Assembly (NCBI GenBank): GCA_040285855.1
Contig: JAUFOQ010000004.1
Coordinates: 2,542,001 to 2,606,000, forward strand
DNA from: Eukaryota sp. GEM-RC1
Lineage: Eukaryota
DNA length: 64,000 nt
Direction of reading: 5' to 3'
Shown: positions 1-12,330 of the stretch, piece after piece
How the letters are laid out: every line of letters begins with the position of its first letter
How positions within the stretch are numbered: the first letter of the stretch is position 1
Position numbers and translations under genes: made by a program
Notes under the pieces: generated by a model
What the model saw: only the letters and a program-made list of their open reading frames with translations
What the model was told of the DNA's origin: nothing
Databases searched by the model: none

Positions 1-643
1 GAATAAATGTACTTTTTTCAAAAAAAAATAATTGAAAAATTATTTATTTCACTGATTGATTATAAGCCCCGTTGTTTCATTCATTATCCTCAAAGTCCAA
101 TTATATGTCTGTTTGACTATAAATTATGAACAAGCTAATGGATTTGTTGAGCATAGTCATTCCAATAATACTAAACGGTTCTTTATCTGAAGTCAAATCT
201 TAAGACGAACGAACACGAAGACGTGAAGTACGTCCTGTGCAACCATATTTCCACATTGAATCATTCGTTTCTGTTTCCGCTTTGTCATTTCTTCATTGTT
301 TTGATTGATATGATGACGTGCTGGAACTTCAAATTTGGTGTTGTCCATTTGATCATTGGTAAAATTAACTTCATGTTAATAGGTCCTTTTACGGTCAAGG
401 AGTTGACTAACTCATGAGATCTTCTTAACATAATGTTTAAGGACAGAAAGCAGGAAAACAAGCTCAGCGAATACTATGTTCCGTTGACGTCGCATTCCCA
501 TACATATCTTCTTTCAACAATTGTCGGCCGCAGTCACCCCAGAGTACTATGTGATGGATCGCCTGTACATATACTGATTCTTCTCCGCATTTTTCCTTCT
601 CCTGCTTTGCTGTCTTAGTAAATTAGTAGTATGGACGTTGATG

Positions 644-772
644 TAGAGCTGTCAACGACTTGAGTCATATCACTTGACTTGGACAATTTCAAGACTTATG
701 GGATTTTGGCTTTATTTGAGTAAGTCAAGTCAAATTTGGATATGACTTGACTCGAGTTGTTCGTCACCTCTA
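644..772. mobile_element. Degenerate MITE-like remnant with GACTT/GAGTC internal repeats
   Basis: Imperfect inverted ends TAGAGCTGTC / GTCACCTCTA and repeated GACTTGA/TCAAGTC motifs shared with 20153-20635. No TSD found. Confidence 0.35.
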
Positions 773-1002
773 CCGATGGTGTCTATGAGAAGATCTTAAA
801 TTAGATGACCCGACATAAATAATTGTTCATGAACCTAGTTTATAGTTTTGTTGTTTCCCATATCGTTTCCACATGCATTAGTATGACAGCTACGATGTTC
901 TAACACATAGTATTGGATGAATGTTTCAGATCATTTGATTGTACATGGTTAAGTTTTGTTTCAAAATTTTGTCCTTCATCCTCACACTTTTAGTTCTTCC
1001 TT

Positions 1003-1674
1003 ATGACTTCTACTCTGCATGAAATTGACCACGAACTTCTCTCAGAAGCCGATACCGATTCTGAAATAGACTTTGAAATCACAGAAGAAATGGCTGCTAA
1101 AGCTAGAATGAGACACCCAGAACCTGAAATCTCAACGGATAAGTTGGAAATTGCGCTCTCAAAACTATCCAAGATATCCGAGTTAACTTGGGTTGATACT
1201 CTCTCTATTACAGCTCCAGACTCCGTCTCTACCATTATTGATGCAGATTTCAACGATGATTTGAAGCGAGAAGTCGCCTTCTACAATCAGGCTCTTGTCT
1301 CTGCTCGTTTGGCTAAAGAACTTTGTACAGAACACAACTGTCATTGGCAACGACCTGCTGACTATTATGCTGAGATGATCAAGAGTGATACTCATATGGA
1401 GAAGATCCGTAGCAAAATGGTTCATGAGAAGAAGCGTATTGAAGGTGCTCAGAGGAGGAGAAAGGAACGAGAACAACGTAAATTTGGAAAACAGCTACAA
1501 GCTCAGCAAGGACAACAGAAAGCCAAAGAAAGAAGAGAAGCAATGACTAATGTTTCGGAATTCACTGATGCACCAGACGCTGGAGAGAAAAGAAGGAGCG
1601 ATAAGCGGAAGCCATCAAACAGACCTGGAAAGCGATCACGCCAATCTCTACGACTGAAGGGCAAAAATATTTAA
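1003..1674 (+). CDS. EBP2: rRNA-processing protein EBP2
   Basis: Family motifs DDLKREVAFYNQAL, RPADYYAEMIKSDTHMEKIR and RKFGKQLQ. Confidence 0.93.
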   Translation: MTSTLHEIDHELLSEADTDSEIDFEITEEMAAKARMRHPEPEISTDKLEIALSKLSKISELTWVDTLSITAPDSVSTIIDADFNDDLKREVAFYNQALVSARLAKELCTEHNCHWQRPADYYAEMIKSDTHMEKIRSKMVHEKKRIEGAQRRRKEREQRKFGKQLQAQQGQQKAKERREAMTNVSEFTDAPDAGEKRRSDKRKPSNRPGKRSRQSLRLKGKNI

Positions 1675-1946
1675 AATATTTAGTAGTTTTAGTTTTTTAT
1701 CATTTATGCTATGACATAGCGATCTTTCACTTGACTTCTTTAATGTCAATTAAATCCAGAATTTAACAAATATATGTTCATTCATTATCAAAATTTGGTA
1801 CAAACCACACAGTATTGTAACAATTGTAGTAAATCACACACACAATAGTATGAGTCTGCTGGAATCTTCTAGTTGAACAGTACATTGTTGTGCGAACCAT
1901 AGTTGAGAAAACTCTTAAGTCTTCATTCATTTGCATTTTAATCCCA

Positions 1947-3049
1947 ATGATCTTCAACAACCCAAGTCCCGTTGATACAGCCTTACAAGGAATTAACTCC
2001 TTTACTAATCCCGCTGTTGCTCATTCCCATGTCAAACAACTTTGCCAATCATATCCTTCCTTAAAGCCTGAACAACGTCGTTTCCCTCGTAACGGTGGTT
2101 ATGCTCTTGGTATTATTCTAACTGGAACTGTTCCAATGATCTATCAGGGTAGAAAGTACAACATTCCCGTCAACATCGTCCTTGATAACTATCCTCAACG
2201 CCCTATAGTCATTGTAACTCCAACAGCTACAATGCAAGTGTCTAACAATCACCCTTTCGTCGCTTCCAACGGTCGCTGTGATAAACTTCAATACCTACAA
2301 GGCTGGCAACCCGGCAATTCCACCCTACTCAATCTCGCTGCCATTCTTTCTCGTGAGTTCGGCAATCGACCACCTGTTCACGCCAAGCCTGCTTCCGGAG
2401 CTCAACCTGTGAATACTCAACCTGCCGGGAACTACTCACAGCCACTAGTAGAACCAATGACTAACCCCCAGTCTCCCACAACCCCGGGTATAACCCTAAT
2501 ATTAACCCCGGTTTCAACCCAGGTTACGGTGCCCCTATCCCAACCCCTTCTTCCAACATTGGTGCTGCTAAAAGTACCGCTATTTCAAAGGTAAAGAAAG
2601 AACTTGGTTCTATCCACAATGATGCAGACCAGGAATTGGCTAAACTAAAACGTGATCAACAGACGCTTCAGGCAAGTACTATCGACATATCCTCTTCGAT
2701 TGAAAAAATGGTGGGTGAAAAGGAAGATCTCGTCAAGAACATAAGTGTTCTAAAACAAAAGCTAAACGACATGAACCAAGGAATTGCTTCTCTGCAGCAA
2801 ACCTCTTCCAATACCAAACCTTTGTCAGAGTCTGTAGTTCCCGCTGATGCTTGGTCTAAACAAATTCTAGAGGGTAGGGTGCTCATCAGTTCTACTGAAG
2901 AGCTGTTGTTTGCCTTGTCTTCTAGTGTTTCCGATGGTCATATTACCATTGAGGAGTGTCTTAAGGGACTGCGAGATTTGTTTAAGAAGCAGTTCTATGC
3001 AAAGGAATTAGAACGGAAGATCGTTTCTCAACGTAAGATAATTGTGTAG
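1947..3049 (+). CDS. TSG101: ESCRT-I subunit TSG101/Vps23 (UEV, Pro-rich, coiled coil, steadiness box); 1 frameshift near 2465
   Basis: UEV motifs LTGTVPMIYQGRKYNIPV and HPFVASNG, C-terminal LRDLFKKQF. The two ORFs join across a C run at ~2465-2469. Confidence 0.88.
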
Positions 3050-3127
3050 GTATTTTGTTTGTAAATAAATTGGCGATATTATTGATTCACTTTATTCTTT
3101 TCAAGATTGTAGTTATGGACGATGATA

Positions 3128-3185
3128 CAGTCTACCCTCGATATAGTGACTGCCGCAAGGGTGTCACTATACCTAGAGTAGTCTG
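3128..3185. mobile_element. 58-bp minimal pogo/Tc1-type MITE
   Basis: 23-bp inverted ends (19/23 match) starting CAG, a 12-bp spacer, and TA on both flanks. Confidence 0.6.
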
Positions 3186-3305
3186 TACTGGTTCTATCTA
3201 TGATTAATACATGTAGACATTTGCTAATAGGACGACAGCAGAGGTGATTTGATTCTTAGTCATACATGTAGTCTCTATTTTCCAATCTTCTTTTATCCAA
3301 TCCTC

Positions 3306-6223
3306 ATGTCAAATCCTTGCATTGACGATGGTCTTCCTGAACACGAGACAGTTACTGTCATGTCTGCTAAACAAATTAAGCAGTTTGTTCGCCCTCAATT
3401 TGAGGCTTCTCCCGACGATTACTATCCAACAGAAATCATGAAAACCCGTGGTTTCACTCGATCTCAATGTCCTAAATGCAATCACTTCTACTGGCGTCAC
3501 TCTGACTCAATTACTTGCTGTGGAGATTCCAACTGTCTTGGTGAGTACCAGTTCATCGGAACTGGTGTAGGAAAAAGGCACCCGTGGTGTTAAAATCTCT
3601 TACAAGGAAGCTTGGGATGGCTATGAACGCATCTTTTCCTCCAACACAGTTCCCTCAACTGCCATCGACCGCTATCCCGTGGTTGCACGTTGGAGAAATG
3701 ACATTGACTTTGTTGCTGCCGGCATCTTTTGCTTCCAACCTTACTGTGTCACTGGTGAACTTGAACCCCCGCTAACCCCCCTCATCTGCCCCCAGTTTTG
3801 TCTCCGATTCAATGATCTTGATTCAATTGGTCTTTCCGGTCGCCATCACTCAGGATTCGTGATGATTGGCAATCAAGTCTTCAACTCTAAAGAGAAGTAC
3901 GTCTACTTCCAAAGAGGAAGTTGTTGACTATCACTTACGTTGGTTAACAGAAGAGCTCGAGATCTCTCTTGATGACATTACTTTGATTGAAGACGTTTGG
4001 TCAGGTGGTGGAAACCTCGGCCCTTGTGTTGAGATCTTTGTCAAGGGACTAGAGGTTGGTAACATGGTCTTCATGGAGTATAGATATGCTCAGGACGGTT
4101 CCTTGCACAAGCTAGACGTCCAAGTAGTTGACGTTGGAATTGGTTTAGAGAGGATTCCCTGGTTGATCAATGGTACCCTCACCTCCTACCTCGATGTCTA
4201 CCCAGATACTCTCTCTCTGTTATCTTCCATTGTAGGAGTCCCTCTTGGTAATGAGACGTGGGAGAAGTTTGCTAGGTATTCGTGTTTGTTGAATGTTGAC
4301 GAGTGTGATGACGTGGCAGAAGCTTTTAATGACATCAGTAAACAGTTGCAAATGGATTCAAAGTCCTTAGTTACTGAAATCGCTCCTCTCCGAGACTTGT
4401 TCATCATTTGTGACCACACAAGAACCATTCTAATGGCTATCACCGATGGCTGTCTTCCTTCCAGTGTTGGAGGGGGTTTTAACCTGAGAAACTTGCTTCG
4501 AAGAGTGTTTTCTATAATGATCAAAAATGATTGGATGGAGAAAGTTGGATTAGAAGGACTGTTTAAGTTGTTTGATAGTCATCGTCTGGAATTGGCAGGT
4601 ATATATGGTGAGTTTGCACCCTACTCGTCGTTCAACTCAATCATTGAGATTGAATTTGACCGTTGGAAGAGTTCTGATGAAGAAGCAAAGAAGAAGCTCA
4701 AAACTGTGCTCAAAAAGAACCCTATTTTAGAGCTCAATGATTGGATTAAGTTGGTCACGTCATTTGGACTGTCACCTGACAAGATTGCTGAGATTTCTGG
4801 CCAAACTGTCCCTTCTAATTTATACTATGAAATTGCTGAACGTCAAGAGAAAGTGGCAAGGAAAGAAATGCTTCAATTGTACGAAGTTGGAAGGTTTAAC
4901 GCTACTGGTGAGCTCTTTTATGACGTTGAGAGTCAGAATGAGTGGTCTGCCACTGTATTGGGAATCTTGGAGAATCCTGTTGAAAATAACAGAAAAAACG
5001 TCATCGTCTTAGATCAAACTGCCGTTTATCCCACAAGTGGAGGTCAAGATCACGACAATGCCATTTTGATGTTGGAAAGTGGAGCTCAAGTTAACGTGAT
5101 TGATGCAATCAGAGTAGGAAAGGTCGTTTTACACATGACAGACACTGATTTGACTGATGACGTCATTGGAACAGAAGTCGTTGGAATTCTTGACCGTGAT
5201 CGTCGTAATCAACTCAGACAACATCACACTGCCACTCACATCATCCACGCTGCTTCCGTTGAAGTCTTGGGACCACACGTGTGGCAAAACGGTGCTAAAA
5301 AGACTGCAGAGATTGCTCATTTAGATATCACTCATTACAGATCTCTTACTCGAGAAGAAGAAACAACTATTGAGGAAAGAGCCAATGAGATTGTCAATCA
5401 GTGCATTAACATCTCAATCAGTGACGTCAGCAAGAAAGAAGCTGAAGCTGAGCACGGATTCTCTCTTTATCAGGGGGGTGTTGTTCCAGGAAATACTTTA
5501 CGTGTTGTTGATATTAATGGTGTTGACCAAGAAGCCTGTTGTGGTACGCATTGTACTAACACTGGACAAGTTGGCTTTGTTAGGTTAATTAGATCAAACC
5601 GAATCTCTGATGGAATTGTCAGACTTTACTTCGTTGCTGGTAAGAAAGCGAGAGAGTTTACTATTGATCAGGGAAATAGAGAAGCTGAGCTTTGTAGAGT
5701 TGTTTCTATGCAACCAGAGGATTTGATTGGCGCTGTGTCTAAATATTTTGAAGGATTTAAAAAATTCGACAAATTTTCAGATGGTTTTGTTCGATTGTGT
5801 CTTGATCACCTCACGGTTCCAACACTTGAACTTTCTTCTGTTTTCGTTAGGTTCGATCCCCCTAATACTTCAATGTATTCAATGATTGTCCCTCCTTATT
5901 GTGAAAAACTCAAGCAATTGAATCGCAATATCTTGTTCGTTGGCACTAGTTATATCTATGGTTTACTCGGAGATCCTAGTGGAATTGACCTCAGTCAAGT
6001 TGAAGGATTGGTTCTTAACCAGTTTAAGGATGTAGCAGATTTTAACAAGAAGAAAGCAATTAATAGTAGAACTAAGATAGTTTGGAGTGTGAAAGATGGT
6101 AAAAAGAGAGTTAAGAAAAGTGCAGACAATGTGTTGGAAATCTCAATTCCTCGGTTGAGAAATAGTGCAGCGGTATTGGATTATTTCATTGATCAGGGAT
6201 TTAGTGATTCATTGCTTGAATAG
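3306..6223 (+). CDS. alaS: Alanyl-tRNA synthetase, archaeal-type; frameshifts near 3575 and 3910
   Basis: N-terminal CxxC..FYW..CGD..C..YQFIG, YPVVARWR, CLRFNDLDSIGLSGRH, WSGGGNLGP, DVGIGLER, and editing motifs HHTATH and CCGTH. Confidence 0.95.
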
Positions 6224-7336
6224 GTTCTTTTTGTTTAGTTTGTGTTTGGTATTAAATAGATTTAATTTAGTTCATTGTTCGTTTTAAGCTCAACAAACAG
6301 ATGTCATGTTTTTCTGTTTAATACAAAAGCCTTAAGTTTGAAACTAATGAAGACCACGAATTTTCGATGAAATATACAAACCTAGAATCATTTGTTGACT
6401 AAAGCTACTAAGAGAATGCATCATTGTTACTAACTAGACAGATCAGTTAAAGTTCTGTTATCAACTTCTCCTGAACTGTGGGAATTTATGTTACATGTTC
6501 ACTTAAAAAAGACTCCTTTAAAAAACATTTCATCTCTGCCGTCTGATGTATGTCAACTGCAGACAAATTGATTTTGGAGTTTGAGCTCTTGGACTTTAAT
6601 AATCGTTGACGCTTGGCTAAAACAAATAGTCTAGTATATATATAGGAACCTATATATAGTTAAGTACACACCTTTCATGCTGATTCTAGAAAACTGTGGG
6701 TAGATTTTTACAGTGTAGAGGTAGAGGTATCTCCTTTGTAAATATCGGTGATGATCTTGATTTGTATGATAAATTAAAGGCGTTTTGCACTCACAACTTC
6801 TAAATATTAGAAATGTGGCAACAATTCATTCGCAACAGTCTAGGTGTTTCTTTGAGGAAGATCTTCTGTCAATGGAAATTGAATCCCAGTAGTTATAGAA
6901 CATTTAATATCTTTATAGTGGTATATAGTGTTGCTAGAGTTATTCTATTTTGGAAATTAATCACATTGAAATTACATTTAAATTTTTTAATTAGAAACAC
7001 ACGTACACTAACTCTAGATCACTTGTTGTTTTCAATATATTAATACAATTCCTCTGTGCATATATTTTGGACCAACAGATGTTGTAAAAGCTAGAAATAC
7101 AGGAACCTGACCACCAAAGTTACAGTTGTAGCCTCGTTAAGAGAGTTCGTTTTCCAGCAAAGTTGACAAAACAGGGAGATAGAATCAAACACAATTTCTC
7201 AATATTCAAAAAGGTTTTTTAAGGTTTATCCGAATAAAAATGGTGTCGATAAATGTTGGTGGGAAATAATGTTGGTGCGTTGATTGAGATTTGTCTAGGT
7301 GCCAAAAACACATTTATTCGGTACACGTTACTCTTA

Positions 7337-9911
7337 ATGCTGTCCTCAATTCGTCATCTGGTACTCTTCCAAGAGTTTATCAAGCTTTCTACTGATGCAT
7401 GCTTGTTTCTATCAGTCTTTTATGAGGATCCTAACACAGAACTTACTACAAAATTCCTATCTTGGCTCTTCCCGTCCATCCACCAACACAACCTTGACTC
7501 TCTTTCATTGACCATCCACGCCAATGGTGTCCGTATCATCGCACCAGCCTCTCTCCATTCATCTCTCCTTCCACATCTCCAACTTCTCCCCTTCATTGAG
7601 CTTCTGGACTCTGATGCCCATGACTACGTTGACCTGCTGACGTCATCACTTTCCTCTTTCTCTTCCATTATGACCTTGTCCGGGGTCAAACCTGGTGATG
7701 TCATTGTTATAGAAGATGTTTTAGGTTTTTCTTTTGTGGTTGAAAAGGCACCTGTTGAAATATTTGAAATATTGGACGTATTTGATTTTAAATTTGTCGA
7801 AGACTTGTTATTTGATGTGCAAAAGTTGTCAAATATCTTTTGGGAATCTGTTTCTTTTTTAAAATCTAATGGAAATTTAGAATTAAAATCTTTAATTGAA
7901 TGTTTTGACGAGAATTTCTTCCAATTTTATTGCCAACATGCTACTCTTCGACATGATCCCGTTGAATATTTTAAAAATTCCAAACAATGTGGTGTGAAAG
8001 CAAACTCTGAAAATTCTTTCATTTTTCAATTTATTCACCCTTTAAAACCAATTTCATTTGGTCGAACCTATTTTTCAAATTCTGTTGAATCTTTTAATTC
8101 GTTGTCTGTCATTTACTCTGAAATTGATTCTCTTTTTCCAATCAAAACCACAACTTTTTAGATCCAGTTGGTCTTGTTGATTTACTTGAAGACCGATTAA
8201 CACGAGAACTTTCCAAATCTAGTTTTGATTACCTTCCTAAAGCAACCCTTTCCATTGCTGAACAATCATCTTCTGATTTTTGGACTGTTTGTTTCCTATC
8301 TGTCGACTTAACGTCATCAAATTCTGATGACGTCATCACAGTCGGAGAAACCATTTCATTTATTAAATCGAACAATTCTTGTTTTTCTACTGTATTGACC
8401 TCTGAAATACCTAGATTTGTTTCATTCAACAGTCAATTTTTGAATTTGGATTACAAATCAAATATTCTTTCTTTGGCAAATTGTGACATTTCAACTTCAA
8501 TTAAGAAATCCAAAACTCGATTTTCTGGAAAATTGTCCCTATTTGAAAATGAGATTTCAGTTATTCCTTCAATGAAATATGGTGACGTATGTATTGTTGA
8601 TCTATATCACGTTAACTTTCCTATTCGGTCAGTAGTTTCAATCAAAATGTCGTCTGTGAGCTCCTCCTTTTGTTTTCTTTCTTTTCCTTAAAAAATGATG
8701 TAATTGATTACTTAGAAGTTAAAAGTTCAAATGCTTGGTCGTTGTCCATGTACAAGAAAATTTTAAAATATTTCGAAAGTTGTAATATTGTACCTAATTT
8801 GATAGATGAACCAGTTCTTTCTCCTAATATTGATTTCCTTACTGAATTCAGCTCAAAATGGATCAATAATCAACTAATCAATTTTGATCTGGACCACAGT
8901 CCAATTTTGGAAGTTACTCTGATTTTTTCAGGAATTGATGTGGATTTTGATTCTATCCTCCTTCCTAAACTCTCCAATCAATCAGATTTGATTGTCTGTC
9001 GTGAGGGTCAGCATTCGCTCTTGATTGAAGAATTGAACAAAGTAGTTGAGCTTCATTCTACTGTTTTTGTACTATGTGATTTTAATGTCATAATGTCCAA
9101 AATTTTAAATTATTTGAAATGCAATTCTTCTTCGATTTCGGTTCCATTCAAAGTTACAAACATTATTACTCTTTGTGATGACGTTTACCTGCCAAATCGG
9201 ATAGACTTTGATCCCTTTTTGATTAATGCACTGAGACTTTCCACCAATGTTTTGTCTCCAACAAACAAATTTGAATTTCTCCAACATTTTAATAATGTTG
9301 CTCAATTCCATGATATCGCTGATATTCCTTCCTTTTTCCCTAGAAGACCCGTCAGTTTTTTAAATTTTCACTTCCAAGAATCATTTAAGCCAGTTTTTTC
9401 TCTTGAACATATCTATTCACATGTGCCGTTCAAAATTGACAAAGCGCAATTTTTGAAAAAAGTCAATATTTTAATTCATGAACCTACTTTCAGAACAGTC
9501 CATTTTGTCATTGGAAAATTGTTTTTAGGCGACCAGGAAATGTTTGTTTTAAAAAGAACCAGTGATTCTCAAATTCAACTCTTTCCTATCGATGATTCAA
9601 TCCCGTTCCAATCAAAATTGATTGGTCTAGATCGCGGGGTTTTGATTGTTGGTACCGGATTGAAAACATTTGATGTTAAAGATATTCTATTTGGAACAAA
9701 AGAAGATAAAGTTGTCAAGTCTAGATCGAATCTTACGGTTGAGGATATGAAATTTGTCAACAAACAATCTAAATTATTAAATATTTCGCCTCCTGAGGGT
9801 TGGTTCTTTAATGGAAACTATTGGGTTTCTATTGATGGGAATGGCTCATTATTTCATCCCAATCAGTTGACGATTGTTGACGATTTGATTGAAGAAAGTA
9901 ACCATCAATAA
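7337..9911 (+). CDS. Divergent DNAAF9/Shulin (C20orf194)-like dynein assembly factor; frameshifts near 8135 and 8685
   Basis: Three ORFs join across T runs. C-terminal PPEGWFFNGNYWVSIDG..FHP resembles my recollection of the DNAAF9 C-terminal motif; not verified by search. Confidence 0.55.
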
Positions 9912-10045
9912 TTGACTCAATCATATTTGTTGACAAATAGTTGTTGTTTTCAGATGCAGAATTGTTTTATTGTAAATGTATATTGAAAAATCTGTGACCA
10001 GATATAAACTGTATTTTAATCATAATTTACTTTAAATTTCCGTCT

Positions 10046-10264
10046 TTGCAGCTTTTTTTATGTGACATTCAACAACCTAGAACTTTTGAGTTACATTTGA
10101 ACAATGATGCTTGGATGCAAAAAATGCGTCTTCGATTCGGTTTATTCTCTAGTGGTTTGCTAAATAATTCAATATGTGTTTGCGATAACCGATCTACAGC
10201 CACATTTCGTCATGTTGTTAGTTGCAAGAAATTTTTACAATTTCGAAATTGCTTCAAATTGTAG
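10046..10264 (+). mobile_element. Non-LTR retrotransposon fragment (CCHC region)
   Basis: LHLNNDAW..MRLRFGL..CVC..FRHVVSC, homologous to the other copies in the window. Confidence 0.7.
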
Positions 10265-10662
10265 TCTTGACTCGACTTGACTCGGCTCATTTTTTAAAAA
10301 TAACTACAAGACTGATTTTTGGTCACGTCATCTTGTTCCTGGGGTTTGAAAAGGCACTGTCACAACAGTCTGTTGTTTGTTCTGAGAAAACGGTGGCTGT
10401 ACAGTTCAGTAGCACAAAAGAATCATACATGGCCATCGAGAATGTAGGAATCGTCAGCAAGACGAAGAATGGTAAATGTTTCCCAATAAAACAGTCTGAT
10501 GATATCATAAAAGAGGATCATCTTGCCTGACAAAGTTGTGATCATGGTGTATCAAGTGGTGAGTTATGGTTTTGTCAGATCCACCTAGACGGAAGAGAAT
10601 GAAGTGATTGGAAAGAAACAAGAAGCTTGGACTCTTTGATCTTGAATCTAGTCTCTGATTAT

Positions 10663-11809
10663 ATGAACACAATCACCCACAGTCTCTCAAATCAGCATAA
10701 GTGCATTGCTCTTGTTCTTAGATCCTTTCAAAAGTTCCTTTCATCGTCTGCAGGTACGTTGGATATTGAAATCGCCAATGATTTTGTGAAGTTCTTCTCG
10801 CAATACGCATGTGGCTTCCATGATGCCTTTGAAGAGGAGTTTATGTACAACCACGCTCTTCAACTTAAGGATGTTTTAGATTGTGTGTTGGTCATCAAAA
10901 ATGAGCACATAAGACTACAAGGTTTGTTTCCACTTGTTCTCTTATCATAGATCTCTGCAAGGAAATGGAGAAAGCTCTTTCCGGTCCATTGTCAAGTTTC
11001 AAGAAGATCGCAACTCAATACTTCAGTTGCCAACTATTCCATGTCTATGTTGAAGATACTCAGCTCTTTCCTAAGCTCTCCATGTACATTGGGGAGTTTG
11101 ATTTGGAGAAGTCCAATTTGGACTTCGAACTCCAAGCTTCCATTAGGGATAATATACACCTCGAAGACCTTGGTTATTCATTGATAGCCAAGTTTCTTCC
11201 TGAAGACGTTGACTATCACTTTTCTTGGGAATCATTCACAAATAGTATAGCCAGTTTTGATCCTGTGTTTGCTCACTTGAAGAACGACCATCAACTTATT
11301 CTCAATGTGATTTCTTCCTTTGAGAAGAAGTTTGAAACAGATTCTTGTTCGGAATCTCGAAAAGTTCATAGTGCTGTCTTTATCTCTTTCCTGTCACGCT
11401 ACTTTCTAGACGTTCATTCAAAGAAAGAATCTCATGTTCTTTTCCCATTGCTAAACAGCTTGGATTTCCCTCTGATTTTGGACCCTTACCCCTTTTGATT
11501 GGAGATCTTGAATATATTAGAGATTTGATTGCTGATTGTCATGATTGCGATGATGATTTTGATTGCATTTTTGATCTCATTTCTGATGTTAGAATCCTCT
11601 TAAAGAGTAAGTCAGGTGTTTTATATAGACTTATGAACTTCCACCTTGCTGAACATGGTTTTGCTGACTCTCAAAAGGTTTTAGCAGAATTTGAACTTCT
11701 TGAAGATAATTGTCGTTCTCTCTTTGATGAGCTTGATGACGTGTTTGTTTTTTCTCAGGATCAAAATGGTTATAGCGCAGGTCAATCTGAGTCTGCCAAT
11801 CAAAGTTAA
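10663..11809 (+). CDS. Tandem hemerythrin-like (HHE) domain protein, copy 1; intron 10922-10950; frameshift near 11443
   Basis: Pattern H..HDAFEE..EH..HVYVE..LFP. The T run at the frameshift is one T shorter than in copy 2. Confidence 0.75.
10922..10950 (+). other. 29-nt spliceosomal intron
   Basis: GTTTGT...CTTATCATAG. Removal restores LQDLCKEMEK; the intron is conserved in the paralog. Confidence 0.9.
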
Positions 11810-12330
11810 TAGTTAATCACTTAGAATAACAGTGGTACATCTACATTTTAGTCTATCAACCAATATTAAGATTTGTTTATAAAGTCAAAGTATTTCAAGT
11901 ATCAAATAGCTACTTATTATGCTATTGATATCAAAAGTTCATCTAGAAGTGGCTTTTTGAAGAGGAAAACAGACAGATCACAAATAGACAGTTACAATGT
12001 GGTTGAAAGAAAGCAAACTGTTGGCCACATTTGTATATTATCATGCAGATAGCCTTTGTTCATAGAGAAAACATAGGCAACATTCATTTGAATCTTTTCC
12101 AGTTATCATGCAATTGTGGATGAAGTTCTATGGAATCACCATAAATCAGCTAAATAAGAATGTTTTTCAAGAAATGACATCTGCGCAATGGTGAAGTGAT
12201 AGCGCATCATTGCAATTAGAGACAAACAAATGCTAATGAGGTGATGACGTGATGAAAGAGTCTGATCCGCGACTTTTTTATACAAACACACTCTCCCTGA
12301 TTGAATTCCTTCCCATTTTGGCTAGCCAAG

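Noticed and set aside
12241..12300. Possible box C/D snoRNA (TGATGA...CTGA...CTGA)
   Set aside because: No terminal stem and no rRNA-complementary guide that I can identify. It lies directly upstream of the hemerythrin copy 2 start, so it is unsupported without a search.
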